The translations under genes were made by a program, and so were the position numbers. A DNA stretch of 58,572 nucleotides, counting the filler, from Squatina squatina (lineage: Eukaryota), in NCBI GenBank assembly GCA_031763465.1. It is 4 parts of 4 records of this genome, joined end to end, with 100 filler letters (N's around TTAATTAATTAA, not from the genome) between each part and the next. Parts side by side here need not be neighbours in the genome. Positions count along the whole stretch, not along the records: positions 1 to 12,357 come from JARFOE010000222.1; 3 more parts are not named here. One strand, 5' to 3'. This document shows positions 1 to 12,457 of the stretch, piece by piece. The notes beneath the pieces were generated by a model. The model ran no database searches. It was not told where the DNA came from and saw nothing but the letters and a program-made list of their open reading frames with translations. Positions within the stretch are counted from its first letter, which is position 1; each line of letters starts with the position of its first letter.

Positions 1-146
1 TGGGATAAAAAAGCAATATAAAAAAGTGCACAATAGATTAAAATTAGCTTAAAAAGGTGAATGGAGATGTACTGGATGCAAGATTTTAGAAATTAGTGAT
101 GATTAAAGAAAGCATACCAAATCTTGCCGCCAAGTTTAAAGTTTAT

Positions 147-456
147 GGGGCCGAAATTGAGCACCATGCTGGAAGCGTTAAGGCTCCGGGGCAGGAATTT
201 TTATTGTGGGCACGAGCCTTTGTCCCTGCCACAGTATTCGGCATACTGTGGCAGAAATGAGGCAAAGTGCTGTCTGCCTCACTTCCAGGACGGTATACCG
301 GCGTTCACTCCATAACATTGGGAGCGCGGCACTGCTGACGTCATCCGTGGCCCCGCCCCCTTACTAAAATGGGAAGGTGGGATCGCCACCCCGAACTTCA
401 CTTTATCGTCCGTCGGACGCGCTAACAGGGCAAAAAAATAGCTCAGTTTCAACCCC
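147..456. mobile_element. Non-autonomous DNA transposon (MITE), probably PIF/Harbinger type
   Basis: Imperfect TIRs: GGGGCCGAAATTGAGC (147-162) versus the reverse complement of GCTCAGTTTCAACCCC (441-456). Flanked by TAT on both sides (144-146, 457-459). GC/CpG-rich interior in AT-rich DNA. Confidence 0.7.
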
Positions 457-457
457 T

Positions 458-812
458 ATGAGTTCAAGCACCACCCCAGGACATGAGTGCACAACCTAGC
501 CTGACATTTCAGCAATGCTGTACTGCCACAGTATTGCACTGGAGTTGTTGTCTTCAGGATGTGTTAAATTGAGGCACTGGCTACATGTTCAGGTGAATGA
601 AAAATATCCCATTGCACTATTTGAAGAGCAGGGAGTTTTCCAAGTGTCCTGGCAAAAATTCTTTTCTCAACCAACACCACAAAAACAGGTGATCTGATCA
701 TTTTTCTCATTTGCTGTTTGTGGGACCTTTCTGTGCATATGTTCATTGGCTCCAAAATACTTGAATGTCCAGAGTATGTGAAATACTTTATATAAATGCA
801 AGTTCATTCTTT
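458..812 (+). mobile_element. Degenerate SINE (DeuSINE/SacSINE1-like) with L2-type tail
   Basis: B-box-like GAGTTCAAG head and a tail ending TATATAAATGCAAGTT. Body and tail resemble the copies at 18492-18616 and 45585-45930. Confidence 0.55.
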
Positions 813-898
813 CGTCCAATTCAAATTTATTGCAGTAAAACAATGCAGAGAATAATTTTACATCTGTGTAAAAACTGCTAAAGCAGGTTTCATCTTAC

Positions 899-978
899 CT
901 AGCCTGCAACTCTAGTGTTCGTTCTTTTCCTGAGACCTGGAATGTGTTTGGATAGTCTTTGTTATGAGTCTCAATGAC
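899..978 (-). CDS. FGD4: FGD4/frabin internal exon, first PH domain (VIETHNKDYPNTFQVSGKERTLELQA)
   Basis: Not in the ORF track. 80-nt exon with AG acceptor and GTAAG donor. The translation matches the FGD-family PH motif TFQVSGKERTLELQA. Confidence 0.9.
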
Positions 979-1327
979 CTAAAATATTCAGTAGCACAGA
1001 TAGAACATGTTAAGGTGACATGATGCAGAAAACACAAATGAACTGCAGTTCAGTTCGCCAGTAGTTATGACACTTTATTTTAAATATGTCACTCTTCCTA
1101 TTATTGCATGGCACCTTGCAGAGGGCCCATTGCTATAGGTGANNNNNNNNNNNNNNNNNNNNNNNNNNNNNNNNNNNNNNNNNNNNNNNNNNNNNNNNNN
1201 NNNNNNNNNNNNNNNNNNNNNNNNNNNNNNNNNNNNNNNNNNATTCTGATCTGATCGATTTAACATCCTAAATGAGTGATCACAGTATTAAACCCATTTT
1301 AAAAATAATTCAGGAGGTTTTCCTTAC

Positions 1328-1466
1328 TCTCTGCATCTTTCCTGTCTGAGGAATCCTCTGGTAGTTTCTTCAAATAATCCTTGAGGAGTAGCTCATAGCG
1401 AGGAATTCGTTGGATGGGTTCTAACATGTGATGTTGTATTGTGAGGGAACCACAGATCTCTTGTTT
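1328..1466 (-). CDS. FGD4: FGD4 exon, DH/RhoGEF domain ([46 protein letters not shown])
   Basis: FGD DH motif [19 protein letters not shown]. 139 nt with AG acceptor and GTAAG donor. Confidence 0.92.
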
Positions 1467-1739
1467 CTGAAAAACAGACACAAATAACATCAAAATGTAC
1501 AAATCAAAGCTAGCACCACAAAGGAAAAAAAAACAAAAAGGAATATGAACCAAAATTGAAAAGCAATTGGCTCTACTTATTTGAAAATAGGCTGTCGATA
1601 TAAAATTTATCAAATGGAACATTATAACCGGTCATGAATTACACAGTATAATTTTATGAAAAACAGCATTTTCCACCCCTCAGTAAGGCAGGACTACTAT
1701 CAGAATGTTGTAAAGAACCATTCTCTCTCTCTCAAATTC

Positions 1740-1850
1740 ATTATTCAATGGTGCGCTCAGGGTCGATTGTCACCTGCGCTGAGTTAGTTGACCATAGCTT
1801 GAACAATAGAGGCATGACAATTGATCTTGGTGCCCCTGGGCTACAAGTTA
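1740..1850 (+). mobile_element. SINE fragment, related to the minus-strand copy at about 28000-28172
   Basis: Shares GAGTTAG.T...TGCCCCTGGGCTA with the reverse complement of about 28020-28095. Confidence 0.4.
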
Positions 1851-1879
1851 AATGGAGTAAAAAGTGTGTGTCAAAATCT

Positions 1880-2500
1880 GTACTTGGGGATGCAGGCGAC
1901 GCTGGAAAGGCAACATATATTGTCCATCCCTAGCTGCACTGCAAAGGTGGTGGGCGTTCTTCTTGAACCACTGCAGTCCTTGTAGTGATTGTACTCACAA
2001 TGGTGTTAGGTACGGAACTCCACGATTTTGATCCAGCCACAATGAAGGAATGGTAACATACATCCAAGTCAGAAGGGTGTGTGACTTGGAGAGGACGGTG
2101 TTTCCATGGTGATTGCTGATTTTGTCCTTTTCAATGTTCAAGGTTGTGGAGTTATGAAGTACTGTCAAAGTAAGCTTAGGTGAGTAGCTGCTGTGCATCC
2201 TGCAGATTGTATATACAATGGCCACAGTGTGCTGGTGACAGAGGATGTTGATATGGAGTCTAGTGGCAGAGAGCTGATTAAGCAGGCTGCTCTTCTCTGT
2301 ACTGTGTCAGGCTTCTTGAGTGTTGTTGCGGCTGCATCCATCCAGGTGAGTGGCAAGTATTCCATCACACTCCTGCCTTCTGGCTTCCAATTGGAGGAGA
2401 GTCTGAGGCATCAGGAAGTGAGCCAATTGTTGCAGAGTATCCAGTCCCTGCCCTGCATTTGTAGTCACTGCATTCATTTAAGCTTCTGGGCAATAGGGAC
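1880..2500 (-). mobile_element. 3' part of a non-LTR retrotransposon (CR1/L2 superclade), degenerate ORF2 end plus 3' tail
   Basis: Minus-strand MEYLPLTWMDAAATTLKKPDTVQRRAACLI resembles a post-RT ORF2 region. The same tail recurs at 6527-6603, 21480-21610 and 36392-36453. Confidence 0.65.
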
Positions 2501-2624
2501 CCCAAGACACAGAAATTGCTGGAGNNNNNNNNNNNNNNNNNNNNNNNNNNNNNNNNNNNNNNNNNNNNNNNNNNNNNNNNNNNNNNNNNNNNNNNNNNNN
2601 NNNNNNNNNNNNNNNNNNNNNNNN

Positions 2625-2682
2625 ATCTAATTGAATGGAGGATCAGGCTTGAGGGGCTGAATGGCCTCCTCCTGTTCTTATG
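2625..2682 (+). mobile_element. CR1-type LINE/SINE 3' tail
   Basis: TTGAATGG...GGCTTGAGGGGCTGAATGGCCTCCTCCTGTTCTTATG. The same tail occurs at 4468-4502, 19983-20098 and 44635-44730 (-). Confidence 0.6.
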
Positions 2683-2939
2683 TAAAGGTAGATGGGACAG
2701 AAAGTGGCATATAACTCTTAAAAAATATCAAACTGTAAAATGTGTATAATCATCTGAAATGTTTCATTTATTTATAATTTGGCATTTTGCACAGGACACT
2801 GAGCCCTAATGAACATCGGGTCCAATGATCTATCTCCTTGACCAATGAAGCAAAAGGAGAAACAGAGCGAACGATGGAAAAGAAAACCATCACATTAAGC
2901 CCATCACAAACTCTACTCCCTGGTTACCTGATTTCATCC

Positions 2940-3578
2940 CCTCTCTGGCCCTATTTCCATGCTGAATGAGACTGTTCACAATCTTGGTGTCTTGTTGAAC
3001 CCGGGGCGGAGCTTTAAAATCCATGTCATATCCATCACCAAGATTACTTAATTGCACCTTTCCACTCCACCACTGAAGCCCTTATACAAGTCTGTCACCT
3101 TCAAACTCCTTGCTGGTCTCCAACCTCCACCATCCACAAAAAACAACTATTCTAAAATCCTGCTGCACAGATAGTGTTGTACCAAGTCCTTCTGGTCTCA
3201 GCCCTGTCCTTACTGATTTGCACCAGCTACCAGCACCCCTAATACATTACAAACAAAATCCTGTCCTCATCCCTAAGTCCCTTCATGGCCTTGTACTATC
3301 TTTGCAATCTTCTCCCCTCACAAATGCTTCATTCCTCCAATTCCAGCATCTCTCTTCTCCCTTGGCCTTCCCATTGGTGGGTGGTGCAGCCTTCAAGTGC
3401 CTCAGATGTACTCTCCGAAGCTTGCTCCCAAAACCTTTATTTCTTGTCACCTTTTCAAATCCCATCTCTTCGATTAAACTTTGTCACTTATCCAAATCAC
3501 TCCCTTCCTGGCTCAGTGTCCATATTTCTTATGCCTATTTGTGAAGCATCCAAAAACATATAAACACAAGTTGTTGTT
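2940..3578 (+). mobile_element. Degenerate L2-type LINE 3' fragment
   Basis: Remnant ORF2 C-terminus (..PVLTDLHQLP..KSLHGL..VGGAAF..) and L2-like tail. Similar pieces lie at 13840-14170 and 48226-48590. Confidence 0.55.
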
Positions 3579-3854
3579 ATGACAGTGTACAATAAAATAT
3601 GTACACGAATGAATAAAAAGGTTGTTCTGTCGAGGTGCAAGAAATTGTCTTAACCTTTCCACCTCAGGTTCAGCCACAAGTTCAAATGCTGCAATAGATA
3701 TTGGACATTACAACTGCACCTTTAAAAGTAAAGATTGCTGTAGCATTTATACTCTGTCACCATCATATTTAATACAAACGATGTCTAATTATAGGAGTTT
3801 TACTTTAAGATATCATGCCTGTAATTATGGAGTCGCGTCATCCTTGCTGGTTAC

Positions 3855-4011
3855 CTGAATTTCCTCAACAATGGCTTTGAACTGTGGTGATCTGCCCATC
3901 CATGTTTTCAGTAGTCCCATGGCCTTTTCAAAGTTTTTAACATACTCGCCATACATCTTCAGAAATGGGGCTAATTTCTGCAAAATATCCCCTATCTGTG
4001 GTGTAGTATTC
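3855..4011 (-). CDS. FGD4: FGD4 exon, DH domain ([52 protein letters not shown])
   Basis: FGD motif [20 protein letters not shown]. 157 nt with AG/GT ends. Its end phase joins the 1328-1466 exon. Confidence 0.93.
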
Positions 4012-4860
4012 CTACAGGAGATAAATTCAAACATTACAGATAACAGTTATTATGAACTAACTGAGCCCACAGCACAGTGCACTGGGCCTCCTGGATCATG
4101 GAACATTAGCATGTGGATTGGTGCTCGTGATTCTCCCAAGCAGTGAATTCAGAAAGAAACACACACAAATTCTACAGTACATTCTATGTAAAAAGACACA
4201 GCAGTGATAGCAAGGTTGTAATACCATTGTTACTGTATTTTATTCTCTATTTAAATTACAAATATATTCTAAGGCAACAAAAATATTTACACAAAATTAG
4301 AAATGATTAGTGGGAAAATTACAGAACTCTCAGATGCCAGATATTCTTATGCTCTGAAAATTAAAATNNNNNNNNNNNNNNNNNNNNNNNNNNNNNNNNN
4401 NNNNNNNNNNNNNNNNNNNNNNNNNNNNNNNNNNNNNNNNNNNNNNNNNNNNNNNNNNNNNNNNNNNATGGCCTACTCCTGCTCCTACTTCTTATGGTCT
4501 TACTTTTTATATACTTGCAGAAGCTAAACATGCACTTAATATTAGCGCAGGCAGCAGTAAAATGTGCAAATCAAACATGGAGGGGCAAGCATGAAAATTC
4601 AGTCCAAAAAAACTACTCCACTGAAGTCAATAAAGTGTGAAATCAGGCGAAGTGTTTAACCCTGCTCCACCTGGGCGGGTAGATTAAAATCGGGGATTTT
4701 TTTTCCTTAAATGTGGGAATTTATATACATACAACATGCATGGTGGTGGGCAAATTTCTCCTGAAAAATCAGCATTGTTTATAAAAGAACACTTGAACCA
4801 AACTCTAACAAATTGCCTAGTTTAACGGGTTCCAAGAGCCAGCTTTTAAAGGTTCCTTAC

Positions 4861-5359
4861 CTTTTTTTCTACAGACACTTCATTATCATTTTTTTGAATT
4901 TCTCCATTCCAAATTTTCTTAGATTCCAGAATGTTGTGTGTTTCTATCCCAGACTCCTCTCTGCATTTCCCACGTGGACTCTGGGCAGCATGGAGGTCAA
5001 CTGCTGTTGTGCACAGATCCGTAGATGGCAACAGATTCAAGGTAGCAGCCTTTTGTTTCCCGTTTGGCTGTTTGCTGTCCATCACTGAATCAACTGTACA
5101 AATGCTGACTTCAGTGCTGCTGCTATTTTGGCTATCTGTTAGAAGTGGTGTTACCAGTCCATTGGCTGGCTGAAGCCCTGTATCTGGAGCAGATTCTGCA
5201 GCATGATTTGATTTCACTGTGTCTGTCCTCTGCCGCTGCAGAATAGGGTGGTCTGACAGGAGTTTTGGCTGATGAGATTGAATCAAAGATCTTGCAGAAT
5301 TTCGTGGAGTGTGTGACCCACTTTGAGCATCCTTCTTCAAATCATTAGAGCTTGCTGGA
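4861..5359 (-). CDS. FGD4: FGD4 large N-terminal exon (PASSNDLKKDAQ...QPKLLSDH...ANG...KAATL...EKK)
   Basis: 499-nt open exon with TTTTGACAG acceptor and GTAAG donor. DLKK, KLLS.H, ANG and KAATL match my recall of the frabin N-terminus and favour FGD4 over FGD1/2/3. Confidence 0.8.
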
Positions 5360-5614
5360 CTGTCAAAATATAAAANNNNNNNNNNNNNNNNNNNNNNNNN
5401 NNNNNNNNNNNNNNNNNNNNNNNNNNNNNNNNNNNNNNNNNNNNNNNNNNNNNNNNNNNNNNNNNNNNNNNNNNNCTCTATGCAGCTGTCAGCGCCTGCG
5501 ACAGTGCTACACCTGGAAATATCAAAAACTTAAATGGAGTTTCAAGCACCTGGGTGCTATTCTGTGCTGCAGCGTTTCCAGCATGGCGTTCACGAATTTC
5601 CAGCCCTTATTTGC

Positions 5615-6510
5615 CAAGGAGTATGTGGCCTCCTTATTCTTCCTACCAAAATGTACCACCTTACACTTATCTATATTGAAGTTTATTTGCCAATTATATG
5701 CTCATTCTTCAAGTTTATTAATGTTTTCCAGTAGTTTGTCGCAGTCTGCCTCTGTATTAACTACACTCCCAATCTGATGTCATATGCAAATTTTGAAATT
5801 GTACTTCCGATTCCCGAGTCCAGATCATTTATGTAAATGGTTAACAACAGTGGTGCTGGCACTGATCCCTGTGTAACACCACTTCCCACCTTTTGCCAGT
5901 CTGAGTAACTACCTTTAACCTCTACTCTATCTGTTTTGTAGCCAGCTTGCTATCCATTCTGCTACTTGTCCTTTGACTCCACATATTCTGATCTTAGTTA
6001 TTAGTCTACTATGCGGTATCTATCAAAGGCCTTTTGAAAATCCAAATATATTATGTCTACTGCATTACCCTTATCTACCCTTTCTGTTAGTTCTCCAAAG
6101 AATTCAATGAGGTTGGTCAAGCACGACCTTATGAAATCCATGGCTACGCTTTATTATATTTTCAATTGCTAGGTGTTTTTTTGTTACATTTTTGAGCAAG
6201 GATTCCATTCCCTTTCATACCACCGACGTTAAGCTATTTAGTCTGTAGTTCCCCAGACTTGTTCTATCTCCCTTTTTGAATATAGGAATTACATTAGCTG
6301 TTCACCAGTCCTCCAGCACTATTCACTTTTTAATTAATATATAAGTTTGATTAGTTTATCAACTATCTCCCCTCACCTTTCTTAAATGTCTTTATCTTTT
6401 TTTGATCTCTTCCTATAATCTCTTGTCCACCATGTTAGGCTCTCTTGTATATCCCGAGGCAAAGTAATTATTTAATATTTCTGCCATTTTGCTGACATTA
6501 CCTGTGAGTT
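5615..6510 (-). mobile_element. CR1-type LINE ORF2 (RT) fragment, degenerate
   Basis: The minus strand reads as CR1 RT motifs (GNYRL.SLTSVV, FQKAFD, SGVTQGSVPAPLL, SKFAYDIRLG) with frameshifts. Confidence 0.75.
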
Positions 6511-7710
6511 TGTTGTTTTTTAAAATTCATTCACAGGATGTAGGCATTACTGGCAAGGCCAGCATTTATTGCCTATCCCTAATTGCCCTTGAGAAGGTGG
6601 TGGNNNNNNNNNNNNNNNNNNNNNNNNNNNNNNNNNNNNNNNNNNNNNNNNNNNNNNNNNNNNNNNNNNNNNNNNNNNNNNNNNNNNNNNNNNNNNNNNN
6701 NNNCTCTAAGTTTTAACCACTGCTCTGTTACGGCAAATATTTTTATTCCCCTCAAATGAAAAACAAGCCACACAACAACAACAACAAAAAAAATCAATAA
6801 AAGCATACAAGCTGAGTGTCGGATTCTTTACATTTGTTAATAGTACTGACCTTATGAAAGCGGGGCTAGCTGCCTTCGCTGGCAGCATTGCAGGTTTTCA
6901 ATAAATTCCATTCAACTGCCCCACTAATCAAGCACTTATCGCTTATTAGCACACTGCATCTTAGATATTTCCCTTGCACGCGATGTCCTGCTTCTTGCCG
7001 ACCCCAGCACAGCAGGAACAATTGCATTCCAATAGGGAATGAGCAGATGGCTGTTTCCAAGGCAACTACATCTATTAAAACTACTGGCAGAAGGATGTGA
7101 CTGCTGTTAACAGCATTACAATTGCTGGCATTGTACTACAATGAATGGGAAAAAAGCTGCAGTGCTGACTGAGCATGCTCAGCAGGTATTCTTGCTTTTT
7201 AATCAGGCAATATTTTGGGTTCCAAAATCACAATTGGTTAGGGAACCACAGCAGTTTGAAAAGGATCTACACCCCATTATTTGTAACTTCAAGCAGTCCG
7301 GAGTCACCTGCAACATTGTACTTTTAGCAATATATGGCAAGTAGGTGATATCACATTCCTGATATTTTGAGGTAGAAATTCCTTGATATTTCTACCAGTA
7401 TCCCACCATTCTGGGGCAAGACTGGCAGCTCCCTGAAAACAGTATGGACCTTGCTGTGCCAGGTCTCTGTTGTTCCTGGGAATTTATCTCCCCTGCAAGG
7501 GCCGGACTCTCTTCCTACCTCTTACAAGGCAACTAACAGCAAGATAGCAGAGTTATGGATGGGCACTCCCCTTATCAGGAGTTCCTGCTCCATTGGCTCA
7601 GTCAGGACCATTTGCGAAGGCTGGTACACACAGCGAGACGAGGCGTACTGGCTTCCACAAGAGCAGACATGGGCCCCACTCGGAATGGGCCAAAACCGGC
7701 CACAGCATTT

Positions 7711-8457
7711 AGGGCCCCATAGTCGGGGATGTGCCGCACCAGCAGCGAGGGTCAGGTCAGTGACTTTGTCAGCGTTCCAGGTCAGCGCAATGTGGCAACA
7801 TTAAACAAGCTTTGCCGCGGTGCTGAGCCGGCCAAGGCCATGTCACTTTCGGGTTGTGCCAGCAGCATGGTGCGAACAAAGCTGCTGGCGCAACTGCGCA
7901 TGCTGCAGCCCCACTCCCTGTCTTAAAGGCAAGGGCCACAGGCTTGCCTTGGCAATCGGGATCCAGGGCCGCTGGACCATCAGGGACCCGAGATCGGGCA
8001 AGGATAAGTGCCGGCATGCCAGAGAATGTGCTGGCAAAGGGGGGAGGGGGGGCATAATCACAGAGGGGCGATCGGCCACCTTACATTGGCCGACAATAAA
8101 GTCAGCCGATGTTTAATGATGGAGGCCGCCAGCACAAGACCCGTACCTTTAATGTGCCTTGACAATGACAGGTGAAACCTGTCGTTGCCAACGCCAATGG
8201 CGTCGTGGGTGAGCCAGCCTCCAATTCTGGAGGCAGCTCACCCGCGGTGCCAGGCATACAGAGGTCGGTGGGCAATCTGATGATTCTGCATGTCTGAATC
8301 CAGCACCAATGGCATCCTTGGCGACGACGCCTAAGGGCCCCTGGGAGACCAGGCCCAATAGGGTGACTCAGGATTTTTTATTTCTACGCTACTTTCGCAC
8401 CTGAGTAGCACCGCTGATCGGCACTACCCGGGCGCAAGGGCACACCAATTGGGACCC
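7711..8457. mobile_element. GC-rich non-autonomous element, probably a Harbinger-type MITE
   Basis: Abrupt GC/CpG-rich block with ends GGGGCCCCAT.. and ..AATTGGGACCC. Similar ends occur at 38381-38393 and 42699-42710. Confidence 0.45.
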
Positions 8458-9079
8458 TCACAATTGGTTAGCAGCCTGGACCCCTGAAGTAGGTCTTTTT
8501 TTCAATTTCCAAATTGATTCTCTAGCTAAGGGATCAAGGGCCTGAAACTGCAATTGGAGGCTTCCTGTGTGCGGTTGCCNNNNNNNNNNNNNNNNNNNNN
8601 NNNNNNNNNNNNNNNNNNNNNNNNNNNNNNNNNNNNNNNNNNNNNNNNNNNNNNNNNNNNNNNNNNNNNNNNNNNNNNNATTGACCTGCAATGTGATTAG
8701 ATTATAACAGATTTGTAAACACAATCCTCAGCAAAAAGCATAACTATTGCAATATAGTGCATGTTCATCACATGCACTAGGGACAAGTATTCTTGTGCCA
8801 CAATCAGAATGCACATTTATACAGGTCAAAAACACACCAGAGGAGTCTACAATGAGAAAACAAAGCCTGAAATAGCTGCAACAGCTCCACCTCCCCAATA
8901 TTCAACAGAACCTGTTAAATAGGAAGCAGCTGTTTCCAGATTTCAGTTCTTGCTCCACATTATGTGCAGATTTGTAACCTTGTCAGCACAAATGTTGCAG
9001 CCTATATTCAACCCTCTTTAGAACTCACTTTATCCCATTAAAATATATTTTACATTCCCCTCCTTACATCACAGACCCA

Positions 9080-9770
9080 AGACACGTGGAACCTGGGGTC
9101 AAGCAAGGCAATGTCATTGCACCAATGCTCTCCTCCATCTTCCTTGCTGTAACACTCTCCATGAAGCTCCCCGTTGGAGTGGAGCTAATCTACAGGACGA
9201 GTGGGAAACTGTTCAATTTCCGTTGCCTCCAGTCCAGAATCAAGGCCACCCCAAGCTCTGTCATCGAGCTGCAGTACGCAGATGATGCTTGCCTGTGTGC
9301 GCATTGCTGATTCATTCACTGAGGCGTACGAGAGAATCCAAGGTCCTCTACCAGCCTGCTCCTGCCTCACAACACTGCCCCCTGACTATTAAGATCTGTG
9401 GTGAGCCCCTGGAGAACGTGGATCGCTTTCCATACCTTGGGAGCCTCCTCTCAGCGAGGGCAGATATAGCCGATGAAATCCAACACCATCTCCAGTGTGC
9501 CAGTACAGCCTTTGGCTGCCTGAGGAAAAGAGTGTTTGAAGATAAATACCTCAAAACTGGCACCAAGCTCATGTTCTACAGGGCAGCAGAGATCCCCGCC
9601 CTTCTGTATGCATTGGAGACATGGACAATGCACAGTAGACAGCTCAAAGACACTGGAGAAGTACCACCACCGTTACCTCCGCAAAATCCTGCAAATTCAC
9701 TGGCAGGATAGTTGAACCAATGTCAGCGTCCTCCCTCAGGCCAACATCCCCAGCATCGACGCACTGAAAA
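9080..9770 (+). mobile_element. RTE-clade LINE reverse transcriptase fragment (frameshifted, internally deleted)
   Basis: GVKQGNVIAP, RTSGKLFN..LQ and ELQYADD (YADD catalytic motif), then LENVDRFPYLGS..S..ADI.DEI..AFG.L.KRVF..TKL..Y.A..P.LLY..ETWT. Confidence 0.85.
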
Positions 9771-12357
9771 CTGATCCCTGCTGCAAAATTCAGCACCTTT
9801 AGAATTCCTTTCAGTTTATAGGCTTCTTATATTTTGGAGGAGAGAGGGCTTAGAATCACCCCCACCCATCCCACCCCACGAAATAATGCAACAAGTCTGA
9901 AATATTTTAAATTAGGATTTACACAGGGAACTGCCAGTTATGACACTGCAAACACAAAGCATTTCAGTCCATTTACTTGATAAAATATTCATGGATTTTT
10001 TTTGAACTATTAAATGAGATTGTAGCTGTTCTGTGTAATTTAATCCCTCACCGCGCCCCCCGCCCCCACTACCTTACAATGCCAAAATGCTAAGTAAATG
10101 CCTTGCAGCAGGTAGTGTTATGTTTGTTATTGATTTCCTCATTGTTGAAACGTGCTATTTCAAGTCTCCTCTTGCAACAGCCCAAAAACAGAAGCACTGA
10201 GTGCCTGAAAGCAGCCAGACTAAACTTCAAATTAGTAAAGCAAGTTTGCAAATAAAAACAAAATGGTTGCAGGTCCAAAATCAAGTGAGAAACTGAAGCT
10301 CTGAGTTACCTCTTGTTGTCCGCCCGTTCTGATTTTTGGGCAAACTGTGATTCTGGCTGTTGGAGCTCCAATCAGAGACAGCGGGGAGCCTCGTGACGTA
10401 ATTACGATTCCCCGCGGCATTTTTGTCTCTGCCCATGTTACTACCACTAGTTCCTGCTCCCATGAAACAAACATGGGCATCAGAAATTGGTCGGTGGCCC
10501 TTGTGAGCGTTCTTTAAAAAAGTTATCCTTAGCTGGCAGCAGGTTTGGTACTCACTTTTCCTGTGGGTTTTGAGCCTTCAGAGCTTGTATTTAATCTCCT
10601 TGTTGCTGCAAAAAAATTCCCAGCCACTACAAACTGCTGCTCCAATTCTCTCCCAATGCTTTCACCCCACCCATTCAAGGTGTCTCTGCAGGCCCATTAA
10701 AATAAGCCACCCTGCAGATAGTTTGCCTCCAGGTCAGGGAGTTGCCTATTAATGAGCACGTTTTGCAATGCCAGCTTGCTGAATTAATGTAAATGAGGCC
10801 TGACAATGAAAATGACTTGGCCCCCAAGCCACCTCCATCTGGTTGGTGAATGGAGCACATGCCCACCCACCTTTTTAATGTTCGATACAAAAGTCTTCCC
10901 CTTGTCAATCCAGTAGGATTGGCCGAAGGACTGGCTTGACATCACATAACTTTCCAAACTCGGTTTCCAGGTTGGCCTGAAGCATCCAATTTCAGGTTAG
11001 TGCACAGAAGCCCTCCTGGACATACCTGTAACCCAAGATATCAAAGCATCTCCACTGAGTAGTTCAATGTTGGAGAAAACCTGGAAACCGTAGGTTTCTG
11101 ACGGCTTGAAACTCAATAATCAAAATAATACTACCTCTGACAGAATAAGAGATATTCAATACTTTTCTTCAGGCTATAGGCGAGGGAGTATTAACATCAA
11201 AAGCAATCACATTATACTTTCCTGTGTCTTCAGAATTCTACAAGGATATCAGCATGAAACGATAGGCATTTCCAATCCATGACACTGGCCAAAATTTATA
11301 ACTTTATGATTCCTTACCATTTGATAATCCTCACATTGAAAAAAAATGGAATCAGATCACATGGTCATCCAGGGCACATAAAGCATCCTGGNNNNNNNNN
11401 NNNNNNNNNNNNNNNNNNNNNNNNNNNNNNNNNNNNNNNNNNNNNNNNNNNNNNNNNNNNNNNNNNNNNNNNNNNNNNNNNNNNNNNNNNNGTAATTATG
11501 CTTCTGTCTCCAGGAGCTTCTCTGCTGGAATAGGGAAAAGGATGTTGCAGAATTGGGAACCAAATTAAGTCACACGTGAGGTGAAATTTTGACAATGAGG
11601 TTATCATGCAGGAAAGCAAAGGTTCTATCCTGTAATTTGGGACAGAGTGTTGATTAAAGCAGGATTCAAAGTCAAGGAGGTGGCTATAGCATCTCAGTGG
11701 CTTCAATCAATTCAAGTTATGTTCCAGCATAGAAATCACTGAAGACTGGATAGTAGCCATTAGAAGATAGATTGCTTACAGTTTTTTCAGATGTCAACAA
11801 TACTTTTAACATGTGGAGATCTATTGGGAATTAGTCACCACTAACCTGAGAATCACAGCATATAAGGTGCAATCTATCTTCCAATCTACCTCTGATTTTG
11901 TTAAAGTATACATCACATGATTTTATATCTAATAACCACAAGTGTTACTACAGCTTGTTATTTAATACTGTTTAATGTAATGATGCCCCACATTAATCAC
12001 AAAAAACGCTCAAATCATACAGAACAATGCTAAAAAGCCTGCCTGTTCTTTAAATTCTTCAGTGATCTCCTTTTCTGAACTGCTGTCAGAGGCTGATGTC
12101 TGAAGATAACCCCAACACCAGCCAGTTTGAGATTCTAGTGGTAGTGGCCATCTTCTTGCTCTGAGGTGGAATCTCACCTCTGCACTCAGAGGGGGCAGAG
12201 TGGATACTGCCCCTTAAACTACAGGCCCCTTTACTTCTGACCCATCTGTGCTGCTGTGTTTGTTCTTTCAACAGTTTATTTTGCTGTGAACATTCGAACT
12301 CATACTTAATTGATTCATCTCTAACATTATATTAAACCCAACACATTTAATACGATT

Positions 12358-12457
12358 NNNNNNNNNNNNNNNNNNNNNNNNNNNNNNNNNNNNNNNNNNN
12401 NTTAATTAATTAANNNNNNNNNNNNNNNNNNNNNNNNNNNNNNNNNNNNNNNNNNNN
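12358..12457. other. Artificial concatenation spacer (44 N + TTAATTAATTAA + 44 N)
   Basis: The 12-mer at 12402-12413 has stops in all six frames. Three identical copies occur, and gene context changes across each. Confidence 0.95.

Noticed and set aside
7451-8358. Cluster of overlapping ORFs and a CpG-island-like signal
   Set aside because: Explained by a GC-rich non-autonomous repeat, with no protein motifs.
12402-12413. Recurring TTAATTAATTAA as a biological repeat or recombination site
   Set aside because: It is always centred in 44+44 N and has stops in six frames, so it is a synthetic linker.
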